A DNA stretch of 64,000 bases from Octopus vulgaris (lineage: Eukaryota), in the NCBI GenBank assembly GCA_951406725.2, contig OX597814.1, forward strand, positions 144,088,001 to 144,152,000, written 5' to 3'. This document shows, one piece after another, positions 14,072 to 26,220 of the stretch. The notes below the pieces were generated by a model. The model was given only the letters and a program-made list of their open reading frames with translations. It did not search any database and was not told the origin of the DNA. The translations under genes and the position numbers were made by a program. How positions within the stretch are numbered: position 1 is the first letter of the stretch; every line of letters starts with the position of its first letter.

Positions 14072-14375
14072 ATGCTAACAGACACCCGCACAGAATTTGT
14101 AAGAGCGGCGCAGACAGCGTTCTGTAGACACTTCACGCTTGGTCCAAATGTATCGGTACTAGATCAGAAAACGATTTTGCTTTGGATTTCTAACCTTCAG
14201 GCAACTGGATCCACACTGAAAATAAAATCACCTACTAGACTTAGGGCCATTAGAACTCTAGAAAATATGGCAGCAGTAAGAGCATCCATTCAGTAATCGC
14301 CAGGGTTTCCGGTTTGTTGATGTAACCCTTCTCTTTCAGATATCCATGACTTGGCGCCCGTCCCTTCAAACGTGG
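14072..14375 (+). mobile_element. Tc1/mariner transposase N-terminal HTH fragment joined to an inverted C-terminal piece
   Basis: RAAQTAFCRHF..KTILLWISNLQATGSTLK.KSP.R.R..RT.EN.AAVRASIQ; 14298-14375 is a reverse-complement match to ~12112-12192. Confidence 0.75.
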
Positions 14376-14487
14376 GTTGGTGGAGTGGTGGATCAGTCTG
14401 CTGACAATATGGACCTTACCCTGATAGTTTGTTATTACGTGGTATGGGATCACCGAAATTATGAACATTTGTATTGTATGTGATAAT

Positions 14488-14695
14488 TCTTTCTGCTATA
14501 GGCACAAGGCTTGAAATTTTACGAGTAGGGTATAGTCAATTACATTGACCCCAGCGCTCGACTAGAACTTACTTTATCGACCCCAAAAGAATGAAAGTAA
14601 AAAATCAACCTCGGCAGAATTTGAATTCAGATCACGGGTGAAATAGTGTTAAGCATTTTGTCATGTGTACTAACGATTCTACAAGCTCGCTGGCT
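14488..14695 (-). mobile_element. SINE family A, degenerate copy
   Basis: ggcacaaggc..tcgacccc..atgaaag..cctcggcagaatttgaattcag..aacgattct, the reverse complement of the family A pattern. Confidence 0.75.
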
Positions 14696-16741
14696 TATTA
14701 TAGTGCTGATCAATACGTTTTACATGGTATAAAATTATCATTGATATGGGGTGTCAAAAGGATATGTTTTATGATTTTGTTAAAGTTATTAGGTAGAATT
14801 GAAGCATAATATATATCAAATTAAATTAATCTAAATTTAATCTAAAAGAAGGATTAAGAAAGAGTTTTGTTGTTTCTGTTTTTGCAAAAACCAAATTATA
14901 AAAAGATATTTAACAGGAAACAATTTTCATTTATCTTGTTAGTTTTATATTTGTCTTCGACAGTTTGGTGGATCGACAATAAAGGAAGAGTGTAAAACTT
15001 TTACATCATTAAGTTTGGTCTCTGGAAGTCCTGGGTTTAAATTCTTCCAGGATCGACTTCATTTCTCGTTCTTGTAAAGAAGCGTACAGTAAATACATAA
15101 ACAAACTGAGATTGAAATGATCAGAAAATAAACCTTTCGAAACAAAAACCGAAAAATCTATATTCCTTGTATGATAATAACGAATTAGGTGATGGATTAT
15201 ATGTTGTACGATATTTACATCCGATTAAGTTGTGTGTTTATTTTCAGTAGGAATTGTCTTTGACTCTCATCATTTCAGGATCGATAAAATAAATAGCAGT
15301 AAATTACTTAGGTCAGTTTAAATGAAAACATCTCTCCTTTAAATTTTGTGCTCTTCTACTTAAGAAAATATTATATCCTGTTCGACTGTTACATGCTTTA
15401 CGATATTTAAGACTCCATACTGATAAGTCGAACAGTACAAATCTCCAGTTCATCACGTGGTTATATTTACAGTTAATATAATTTCGTTAGATTTACAGAC
15501 ATTGATTAACCTCCTCAACTTTATTTCTGTTACTGACGTCTGTAATAATAATTTGCTGTAAATAGTTTAAATATTTCAACGACGTGCTCGGTGTGAGACA
15601 AAATTTAATGAAATGTACTGAACGGATTAAATTTGTCACTCTTAGTAACTATTACTTTTGTAAATTTACGGCTAATATCATGCAAGACAGACTGAAGTAT
15701 CTACTCGAATTTCATTGCAACAATTACTGTATTTATAAATTAGAAACAGTATTGGATATTGAATTAAAACGTAGTTAAGTGAATGTCAGTTTATTGACAT
15801 TTGCAACGAAAGTAGATTAAATTTCACCGCTGAAAGTAAAGGAATATATCAGCATTTCACCAACGAAAAAATGCAAATATATAAGTAAATATTACATGGT
15901 AAATACTGTAAGTATAAATACGATAAATAGTTGCATATCTTTTTCCACCAGCCTCAATATATATTTTTTTTAAATGGACACAACTTTCTGATGACTTGTT
16001 ATCTACGGTAAGAGTCTTGCTGTTTTTGGTATAAAGGAATATGTTTTGAGATGCCACATTACACTTTCTATTGTATACATGAAGGGAAAAAAAGACAGAG
16101 TATGAGAGGGTTCAAATCAAGTCGTTATAGCTCTATATAGATTTGAATTCGGACAAAACACATGTGGTTGTACAACATAACATACTTTTTTTCTTTTGCT
16201 TGTTAGCTTGATTATGGTCCGAAATCCAAGACCATGTGAAATAATGAAATAATCACCGTAAAAATAAAAATTTCCGAAACTAGTAAAGTTAATCTTAGTT
16301 TGAGTAAGATTACATGCATGAAAATAATGTCATGAATTGAGTTTTAAACTAAATAGTAGATAAAAGAAGCCAAGTATGAAAATATATTTCATTATCCAAA
16401 GACGAATGATAAAATAAGGAGACCTTTGCTTTAAAAAAAATTAAATTAAAATAATCCAATGTTTGAAAAGATATAGGAAAATATGGACCATGGTCGTAAA
16501 ACGTAACGTTTCTACAGTAATTGTAAAATTAAAATTTAATTCCTTTGACGAATGTTTTCACATGAGTTCATAGATTTTATAAGGATCTACATGAATTTCT
16601 TGCTTGGATACATTTAACACTGGAGAAACCTGAATTATGTTTACTATGATATAACAGGAAACTTCATATGTCTTGTGATAGGCGGAAACGTCAGAGCAGC
16701 ACTATTTTGTTGCAATATATCTCTTTGTTTTTAGAATTTTA

Positions 16742-17148
16742 GATCTTTTCGGTTTGAACGGCAGTTTTTTAAAATAATTTCCACGTAACTAAACACTTTT
16801 AAACTTCGTAGAATGTGTTTATAAAACATCTTTTTCCCTTGGCTTTATTGAGAAAATTCTATAGTTTGTAAGATATTTGTTGGGTTTTTTCTTCAATTCT
16901 GCAATTTCAACTAATCAATGACATCTATTGAGGTGAAAACATTCTGTGCCGTATGAATATGTCCCACGTTTAAGAAACAGATTGGGTTTATTTACATTTC
17001 TGAAGAAAAAAAGATACCCTTCCCCCCACCCCTAACCCTAACCCTAAAACAGATTGAAATGCAATAGATCGATACTAGGGTCATAATTATGGGTGACAAT
17101 TTCATATGACACCTCTAGAAAAAAACTGCCGTTCAAACCGAAAAGATC
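16742..17148. mobile_element. MITE with perfect 29-bp TIRs and internal (CCCTAA)3
   Basis: gatcttttcggtttgaacggcagtttttt at 16742-16770 and its exact reverse complement at 17120-17148. Confidence 0.85.
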
Positions 17149-17194
17149 CCGTGTCAGTCCAGTAGGAATCCAACTGGTGTATTTTGAATGATAT

Positions 17195-18054
17195 TGGTTT
17201 CACATTTTTGTACAAGGTCAGTTATTTCGAGTGAGGGCGTAAGTCGATCACTTTGACTACAGTGCTCAACTGGTACTTATTTTATCGACACCAAAATGAT
17301 GAAAGGTAACGTAGACCTCGTCGGAATTTGAACTCAAAACGTAAAGACGCTTTTTATTTTGCCCGGCGTGCTAACGGTTCTACCAGCTCGCCTCGTTTAT
17401 TGTGAATAAAGTATTCGAAAGCTATCGGCGCATTAATTTTTAATAGATTACTTATCATTGACAACTAATGATTTCTGATTTAAGCAGAGGGATAGCAATT
17501 GTGTGGAGAGGAATTAGTCAATACCATCGACCCTAGTACAAAACTGGTTCATTATTTCATCAATCCCGGAAAAAGAAACAGGAATACTGACCTCACCGGA
17601 ATTTGAATCTGGAACAGGAAGAACCGAAAGAAACACCGTGAGGCATTTTGTTTAACTCCAGCGATTCCGCCATCTATCAGTCTATTGAAATTATATTTCA
17701 GCATAAAGTAATCGCTTTCATTGGCAAAAACTCACTTGAACATGCTTTTCAAATCATCAGCAGTCAAAATCATGTTGAAACTATTTCTGTCTGCCGTGGT
17801 GTTATTTGAAGTGGTCGTATCATATAACTAAATTTTTGAATAAAACATTCTTTTCTACTCTAGGCTCAAGGCCCGAAATGTTGGCGGAGGGGGCCAGTCG
17901 ATTAGATCTACCCTAGTACGTAACTGGTACTTAATTTATCACCCCCGAAAGGATGAAAGACAAAATCGACGTCGGCGGAATTTGAACTCAGAAAGTAAAG
18001 TCAGACTGTTAAACATTTCGCCTGGCGTGCTAACGTTTCTGCCAGCTCGCCGCC
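17195..18054 (-). mobile_element. Cluster of three SINE family A copies (~17195-17395, ~17475-17670, 17847-18054)
   Basis: Reverse-complement matches; the least diverged copy is flanked by TSD-like tttttgaataaaaca / tttttgaacaaaata. Confidence 0.85.
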
Positions 18055-18923
18055 TTTTTTGAACAAAATATTGGATGGCCAAAGGTGTATGTAACACAAT
18101 CCACACGAACTTTGGCAAAGGCGTTTTATTCGAAATACTATTTTTGCGGATGGATTATATATATAAGAAACAGTCCATATATTTCGTAGCTAGTAGAACT
18201 TCGGAAGTAATAACTATCCATACATATTAGAACATATTTGAAAGCAATTTACTCATTATTATTTTACATACGAAGCTTGGATTTTAACTGCTCCATTCCC
18301 TAATTTTGGATTTCTATTTGCATTCACAACAACCCTTACTGTTAATTGTAAGCTATACAACCATTTTATCAGCTTATCGAACTTCGATACTTCCCGTATC
18401 GAAGTTCGATATTGTTCCTGAAAATTGTTTTTTTTTTACCTTCTACGGACTGCTCGAAGCTTACTGTCTTCCTACACCTATTTTATTTTTTTGTTTTTGT
18501 TAGTTGCTGTTTGGAGTCAAACTTGGTTATGAAGACGTATGTTCGATGGCATTCTTTGAGTGTCCATTGTGAAATTTATTGAGCTTGAAGTTATCCATTG
18601 TATGCCGATATTGGAAATAGATTGGGTGCTATTTCTTTCTTGCCGAGTAAAACTTTTTAATGCCAAAGTACAGTATTTCATCTTACAGATTTAATAGATT
18701 TAAGTGTAGCTCACAAATCATTGACGTCTTTTAATTTATATGAAACACAGATCAAAAGGTTTTGTTCCTACATGAAACTGTCATCCACCTGATCACAACG
18801 CCAGTGATATTTCCTGATGGCATTTGATATTTTGAATCATTAAATATTCAGGTACCCTCATACAGACAACTGTGTAAGCGTTTATTAAGCTCTAGCATGT
18901 CTAGTTAGTATCATGCCAGGTGT

Positions 18924-19237
18924 GAAGGCGTGTAGTTTAGAGGTTAAGGTATTCGGCTTACGATCGTAAAGTCGTGAGTTCGATTCCCGGTGGCGTGTTA
19001 TGATCTTGAACAAGACACTTTATCTCACATTGCTCCAACCCACTCAGCTGGCAAAAATGAGTTGTACCTGTATTTCAAAGGGCCAGCCTTGTCACATTTT
19101 GGGTCACGCTGAATCTCCCTGAGGACTACATTAAGAGTATGCATGTCCGTGGAGTGTTTAGCCACTTGCACATTAATCTCACGAGCAGGCCGTTCCATTG
19201 ATCGGATCGACTAGAACACTCATCATCGACGGAGTAT
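18924..19237 (+). mobile_element. CORE-like tRNA-derived SINE (family C)
   Basis: B box gagttcgattcc, CORE-like cttgaacaagacactttatctcacattgctcca..cactcagctg; tail shared with 41557-41850. Confidence 0.8.
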
Positions 19238-19264
19238 CTTCTTTAAAAAAAATGATGCCTGGTA

Positions 19265-19410
19265 ATACTACCCATTCAGTGGAAAACACCTCCAGATCCA
19301 CAGCCACTTTGAGACAAATTTTGCCGCCTTTATGACCATGTCGACAACCTTTTGCCTAGTGACCTCCATGATGCCCAACATGTTGAAGGCTCTGCAGCAA
19401 AGCTGATCCT
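19265..19410 (-). mobile_element. C-terminal fragment of a Hero/NeSL-like RLE non-LTR element
   Basis: Minus reads CRAFNMLGIMEVTRQKVVDMVIKAAKFVSKWLWIWR, similar to the recalled ..AAE.AS.WLW.KR C-terminus. Confidence 0.5.
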
Positions 19411-19634
19411 TAATATATTTGGAAGCGTTGAAAGTGCTTGATGGAAGTGTAGGGAAATGCTGAGAGCGTATACTCAGAGTGGAGAGTAAAAAAAGGGGTG
19501 TATATATTTCGATGGATGGGAAAGCGTGATAAAAAATAGCGTAACTGGAGTAAAAAAAAGAGACAATGAAATAAAATTATTAATAATAATGTTTTTAACA
19601 CATCAAATTTACACCTGCCAAAAGCTATCACTTG

Positions 19635-19667
19635 AAAACAAAACAAAAAAAAAATACTTTATTTATT
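19635..19667 (-). terminator. Candidate polyadenylation signal of the zinc-finger gene
   Basis: Two overlapping AATAAA on minus (plus tttatttatt 19658-19667) followed by a U/GU-rich tract (ttttttttttgttttgttttc), ~470 nt after the stop. Confidence 0.5.
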
Positions 19668-20138
19668 GAGGTACAAAATAGACCTTTTACTTTTCGAAGA
19701 TATTCTTTGAGATGTTCACATTTTCGATATTTTATCGAGTCATATCAAGAACCCCACCTGAAGAATATTTCAAATTATTATTGCTTTTTATTAATTACCA
19801 AACAGTTCCAATTTCGTCTGATTGTACAGGGGTTTATGAATGTGCGTACCTGCATAAGTCTTTAGTTTATTATTAATATATGTTTGTGCAATGGCATTGT
19901 GCATTCATTCTGCATGTAGATATATCCGCAATCATATTTTCCCAAATATATAATTATTTAACAGGACAAACAATAGTGTATGATAATTAGTTATATAAAT
20001 AATTAGTTCAATAGATAGTCTTATTCATGTATTTCGATGTGATTCTGTGTGTGTATGTGTGTGTGTGCGTGTGTGTGCGTGTTTGTGTATGTGTGTATGT
20101 AAGGAGATATGTGAGTACATGTGGATGCGTTTGGTTAG

Positions 20139-21615
20139 TCAGTTTACATCGACTTCTTCGTCCTCAGAACAAACATCGTCATCAGAACATACATCACTGG
20201 GGTCTGGTTGATGACTGTGAAGGCTGTGAGGATTGTGTATGGTAAGGTAGCTTCTGTTCGGACTGTCCACGACCAGTTCATTGTTGTTGACCTTACTTCT
20301 GTTATTACTGTGAGATAGAGAGGCGGAATTAGTAACGATTACACTCGCGCCATTACCACCATTTATTTTGTAGCGACTATTATTACTGCTACTAGTACTA
20401 CTACTACTACTGCTAAGACTGACACCACTAACTCCACAAATGTCAATAGTAGCAGCCCCAACACTAACTCCGAGACCTACACCAGTATCACTTCCAGCAC
20501 TACTACTAGCTACGCATAATCCAGCATTGTTACTACCACCGCTACTACTATCTTTGCTATTGTCTCCATCTTGCCGTACATGAACTTTGCGATGTCGTTC
20601 AAGATTGCTTTTGTGACTTGTAGCATAATCGCAGACAGAACACACAAAATCTTTCTGACCGTTATGAACAGACAGGTGTCTTTTAAGCAAGGCTTTTCGA
20701 CAAAATCGCCGACCGCAATAGAAGCACGTATAGCCATGGTAATGAAATATCATGGCATGTTCACGAAGAGATGCTTTCGTTGTAAAAAGGATGCCGCAAC
20801 ATTCTAGAAGTTTGGAGCAAGCTTGATGCATTGTCAACATATGCCGCTTGAGATTGTTTCGCCGGTCAGTTGTATAACGACACTGTGGACAGGGGAATAC
20901 TTTACGGCCATAGTTCAATTGTGTCAGTGAATCTGTAAAAACGGGTAACATGGAAGGGAAAGGATCAGTAGGATGGATCAATTTTTGATGCCCTTGTAAA
21001 GATGAAGTAAAAGATAAGGCTGAATGTTTACTGTCGGGTAAAAACTGTTGATGAGCTGCTGCTTGTAAGAGACTTGGTGTGGTCGCAGCTCCGTGGCTGT
21101 TGTGACCCATAGCTGGGATGAAGCTCGATACTGCTGCAGCCGCAGCAGATGCGCTTGCTGCTACACTCACGGCCGTATTTCCATGTATGTTGTAGCACGG
21201 ACCGTCAGGAATACTGCCACCAGGGGAGACACCGTTGCTGCTACTACTTACACCGTTACTACATACGGCGCCACTGCCACCAACAACAACAATACTACCA
21301 GTGCCATTTCCACTGTTGGCACCACTGGTCACAGTTCCTGTTCTTGCTCCAACAGCACTGTTAACTGCGGCAGCAGCGGCGGCGGCTGCAGCAGCAGCAG
21401 CTGAGGCAGCGCTCCTGTGAAACGCATCTGCTGCTGAAGATAGTCGGTGGATGGTTGGAGGACAGAACGATGACAGACAATGTTTATCAAACGAATAGCG
21501 AGTCCCATCGAGTTTCCACGCGCTAAATGGTATTTGGCAGATCGATCGTCCGGGTGGTGCACAACGGCTGCCAGTATCCAAACATGAACCCGGTCCAAGT
21601 AAAGCCACAGGTGGT
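20139..21615 (-). CDS. Terminal coding exon of a C2H2 zinc-finger transcription factor (4 fingers, ~20580-20897); 5' exon(s) not identified
   Basis: Open frame of ~490 codons with higher GC than flanks. Fingers: FPCPQC..HMLTMH, atypical LECCG..HAMIFH, YTCFYC..HLSVH, FVCSVC..HRKVH (linker HNGQKDF). Poly-Ala/Ser/Gly tracts. Polypyrimidine tract and AG (tttcttattctattttcag, minus) at 21616-21634 give a phase-2 acceptor, so the ORF-track GTG start is probably internal. Stop TGA at 20139-20141. Confidence 0.92.
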
Positions 21616-21635
21616 CTGAAAATAGAATAAGAAAC
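21616..21635 (-). promoter_or_regulatory. 3' splice acceptor of the zinc-finger terminal exon
   Basis: Minus strand gtttcttattctattttcAG|accacct at the boundary between AT-rich intron-like DNA and the open frame. Confidence 0.8.
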
Positions 21636-21770
21636 TCATATTATAGCAATATTGATAATATATATATATATATCAAAGAATTGGCATGTATAAACTAACA
21701 TAAATAGTACCTTTATAATTGCATACATGCATGCATACATACAGACATACATACATGCTAAGTTTATTAT

Positions 21771-22022
21771 TTAAGTATATATGAGCATGTCTAGACATGC
21801 AACTATATGGATGAGAATATATACATAAAACATACAAATTACATATATACATACATAAAGCATTCATAAAACAAAAGTACAAATCTGCACATATACATAC
21901 ATACATTCATACAAATATACCCTGTTGTTGATGTTGAAATTCCAATGAAGGAACCTTGGATCTAGGCTAGAAACCGGCTCTTTCTCTATTGGCAAAAAAT
22001 CTTGAAATAAAACTGAATAATA
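21771..22022 (+). mobile_element. Isolated 3' UTR of the RLE LINE seen at 7285-7976
   Basis: ttaagtatatatgagcatgtctaga...ttccaatgaagg...tcttgaaataaaactgaataa closely matches 7616-7976. Confidence 0.8.
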
Positions 22023-22029
22023 GCATACG

Positions 22030-22306
22030 TACAAACCCGAGACCCTAGCAAGTGGCAGTATTCCATCACCATCGGAACCAAGAACTTCGGAGGCATAAGA
22101 AGAGAAAAGGAAGAACCTAAACGGCAGGAGAGAAAGGTTAGACAAAATCAACCACGCTCTCCATCGAACATTACCATGCAGTCAATGCGATCGACTCTTC
22201 TATGTAAGAATTGGTCTACAGAATAATCACGCCATCACCATAAAGGAAGCGTTCAACAAAGAAAATAAATTTTCGGATACGAGATAAAGCCGACAACGAC
22301 GATGAT
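22030..22306 (+). mobile_element. 3' end of an RTE-type LINE
   Basis: RDPSKW...E.KRQERK.R...LPCSQCDRLFYVRIGL C-terminal zinc motif and a (gac/gat) repeat tail. Confidence 0.65.
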
Positions 22307-22672
22307 ATATAAATATATATATATATTATATTGTATATATATGATATTATATTATATTATATTATATTATATTATATTATATTATATTATATTATATTAT
22401 ATCATATTATATTATATCATATTATATTATATTAAAGGAAAATGGACAAAAAACCAAGGCGGTTGTTAATTTTCCTTTAATATATATATACCTGCTGACT
22501 CGGAAGCCTACAACGGATCCCTATCTCCAGCCTTAGCTGTGAACTTGGAACCTAACAGATGATCAATCATAGTACTTGTGCAGCGTACCTATTGGTTTAG
22601 ATTATCAGTGAACTAAACCCCTTATATTCTTTACACATGCATACCTACATATATATATTGTATATATATGTA

Positions 22673-23468
22673 TTGGGTCATCCCATAAATAATGCGGCTT
22701 TTTATATTTCTTTTATATTTCAAAATTAAGATAAACGAAGTTCCTTTTTAATCTAAAATATACTCTTCTTCATTTTATATAAATTTGCAAGTGTACCTGG
22801 TAGACTTGCAAGGCCCCTCTTCCAAAATTCACTTCTCCGTGACGAAAAATGCTCCTCCAGTACTGTTGTGACCTCGGCTACAAAATTCATATTTTTTCCG
22901 ATGGCGAATGTAGTGGGTGGGGCATCGCTTCCCATTCAAACTGCTCCAACCTTTCAAATGTCATCCTCGCTGTATGTTACCGAGCATTATCCTGATGGAA
23001 GAATACCTTTCGTCTTGAAAACAAAGATAGGTGTTTTTCTTCTAGCGCTGACTTAAGCCGCTGAAGCTGCTCACTGCAGATCTCCTTTGTTATCTTTTGG
23101 TTTGGGTTTAAAAGTTCAAAGTGACAAAACCTTTCATATCCCACCTAACAGATAACAACACCTTACGCGGGTGAAGACCTTCTTTAGCCTGGGGTGCTCG
23201 TGTTTCTCCTTGCCCTACCCACTGTCTTCGGCACTTGACATTTTTATAGACATTTTTCTATACATTTTTCTCGTCACCAGTCACTATTCGGTCCCAAAAA
23301 TGTTCATTCGTGAGACGTAACAGAAAAGAAGAGCACACATTCACTCTCTGCACGCGATTAGACTCGGAAAGTTTATGACGAAACTATTGACCCAATTTGC
23401 TGACTTTTCCGATGACACACAGGTGTCAATGAATGGTTGAATGACCAAATCCAAGCTTCTCTGCTAGA
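22673..23468 (-). mobile_element. 5'-truncated mariner transposon (pseudogenic transposase)
   Basis: Minus remnants LAEKLGFGHSTIH, DRIVTGDEK, WEAMPHPLHSP and SEFWKRGLASLP; right TIR TA|ttgggtcatcccataaataatgcg. Confidence 0.9.
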
Positions 23469-24384
23469 TTTTGTGTGAGCAACTCAGCTAGATTTTGTGT
23501 GAGCGAGTACACACGTATGTTTCTAATGTATCTATTTACATCTGTATGAGCGTGTGTGTGTGAATTTGTGTGTGTATGAATTTGTGTCTGTGCGCGCGTG
23601 TGTGTGCGTGTGTGTGTATAGTATTTTCCTTACGTGAAGATAAATATTTAACACAGAAAATATATTGAAGAAAAAATAGCCATGTTTAAAAAGCAAAGAA
23701 TATTAAAATACAATGGTTAAAAAACTTACTGAACAATTTAAAAAGTTTAATTAATAAAAAAGCACATTTGGTAAGAATTAATTTAATTATAGTACAGTAA
23801 TCCAGATACTTGCTTATTTGAAAATAATTAGTTAGGAAATTAACATTCTCTTGTATTTTATTGCAATCAATTTAATTACGCAACATTTCGATCAATAATC
23901 TCCATGATGACAGCACCTGAAGATGATTGAATAGTTCACCTATCGAACTGTTACCTAATTAAATGCAATTAATTTTACTTACAAGAGATTAAATATGCGA
24001 ATAAATATTTCTTTGAGTAACGATATTAAAAAACAATTTAGTTCAATTCAAAACAAATCTTCAATAAGCATTTAAGTGTAACATATTAAAATATTTCATA
24101 CTTTAATTAATTTCTACACCCACATCTTTTATAGACATACATTCACACACACACATACACATATATATATATATATATCCTTATTCTTTTACTTGTTTCA
24201 GTTAGTTGACTGCGGCCATGCTGGGATACTGCCATAAAAATGGGTTTACTCGAACAAATCAACCCCCAGGACTTCTGGTTGTCAACCGGAGGCTGGAGGA
24301 CAAACGCACACATACACACACATACGCGCACACACATAGATATACATACATACACTCAAACATGAATATATATACTACGTATGT

Positions 24385-24900
24385 GGAAAATCGGTGTTTG
24401 TTTGTGGCGTTGTTAGCTAACTCCTCCTACATCTTTTATTGATTTTGATGAAACTTGACATGTGAGTAGAACTTGTGTCTGGAAACCTCATGACATACTT
24501 AAATTGTTGAAAAAAATCGATAATAGGGCCCCTGGAAAGGACCTTTGTATCTACCACATATAACTAATTTTTTTAAAGAACCCAAGGGAAATAACCCATA
24601 GCACGTGTACAATATTTTTTAAAAAACACTCAAGGGAAATAATCCATTTCATTGTTTATGTTCGATTACTTGGAATATTAATTTTTTTGTGTGTCCTATT
24701 TCTAATTTTTGCAGACAATATCACTTTTATACTTTATTTGACACGTGAGTAGAACTCATGTCTGGAAACTTCGTGACATACTTAGATTGTTGAAAAAGAA
24801 TCGATAATAGGCCCTTCTAATGGATCCTTCTATCTACTAGATATTACTAATAATTTATTTAAACAACCGAAGGAAAAAACACATACCACCTGCAGATTTT
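24385..24900 (+). mobile_element. Partial copy of the Helitron-like element at 35762-36472, with internal duplication
   Basis: ttagctaactcctcctacatc..gattttgatgaaact..tgtgagtagaact..gtctggaaac shared; a ~130-bp unit recurs at ~24455 and ~24738. Confidence 0.65.
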
Positions 24901-25202
24901 AGCAAAGCGATCAATATTTGATCAATTCTGCATTTCACTACTCACAGTTTTGAACTGCTAAACATTATTATTGCACTTCCTTAATTTGAATCTTAAAATT
25001 AAAAACTTCATTCATACATTTCTATACATACATACTATTTTGAATGCCCATTACTCTGATAATTCTACATTTTTACGGTTACACTTTTTTCATGACAGTA
25101 GATATATTTTTTATTCCCCAACGTATTTGTAGTGGCTTCATGTAGGCATAGCGTGGATTCAATCATCGATTGTTAAATTTTATGTGTGTAGCCATACACA
25201 CG

Positions 25203-25255
<53 letters not shown>

Positions 25256-26154
25256 GTATGTATATGTATATACCCTTGTGTCCACGGTTCCTTGGTGGAG
25301 TAGTAAGGACACATGTGTGACATGCGACGTGTCTCTTTGGTTTGGTGGAGTTCATCGCTATCCAGGCTTGAGCACAAAAATAGAAAGACAGCGGTAAAGA
25401 GCAAAAGAAAAGAAAAAAAGATCGACCAAATCACAGGACTGATACTCTTGTGATTTATTAAAAGAAGGAAATCACTTCCGTAGGATTTGAACTCAGATCG
25501 TACACGATCGGAACGATTAGAAAAAAATCCATTTACCAAACTGTAACGATGTAGCACATCAGCTAAATACACCCCCACACACTTGCAAATACAAAAAACA
25601 TTTATATGTATTTGTGTATTACATGTATATGTGAGTGTGTATGTGTGTGTTAGATGTGTGTGTGTGTACAAGTTTGTATTTGTTCTTGTTCAGTAGTAAT
25701 ATTGTTAGTTGTTTGCAAGAGCATTATTCTCCACACTTGAATAAATGCTTGTCGTCTTTTAGCATTTATAAGGTCCATAATTGCAGTTTACCCACCGTCG
25801 TTGCTCCAATGTACTCCTGTTTCTGTTTCAAGTACTGAGAATACAACAGACTCTATTAATTTACTGGTAAAGCACATTAAAATCAATTAAGCATGAATGA
25901 ATCTATGCGTACACTGGATTAATGATTTCCAGCACGACAAAATCTGCATCCTCTATCAACCTATATAGAATGAGAAGTAGTCGTCAAAAAGCAGCAGGGA
26001 TGCTTATAGATGTGTGTGTAGGAGGGGTCAGTGTTTCAGTGTGTACAGTATCATATACATATATATATATATATATCCCACTTCAACTATATGACATATG
26101 GCTTTAATTTTTAAGATATTAAGTTCTAGCTTAAGTATTATACCCGTTCTTTAC

Positions 26155-26220
<66 letters not shown>

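Noticed and set aside
20510-21598. Short ORFs overlapping the zinc-finger exon in other frames or strand
   Set aside because: Shadow ORFs of GC-richer, repeat-rich coding sequence.
22492-22600. Possible upstream exon ending cag|gtatat on minus
   Set aside because: The frame needed to join the phase-2 acceptor has a TAG about 10 codons upstream; at most a non-coding exon, and unsupported.
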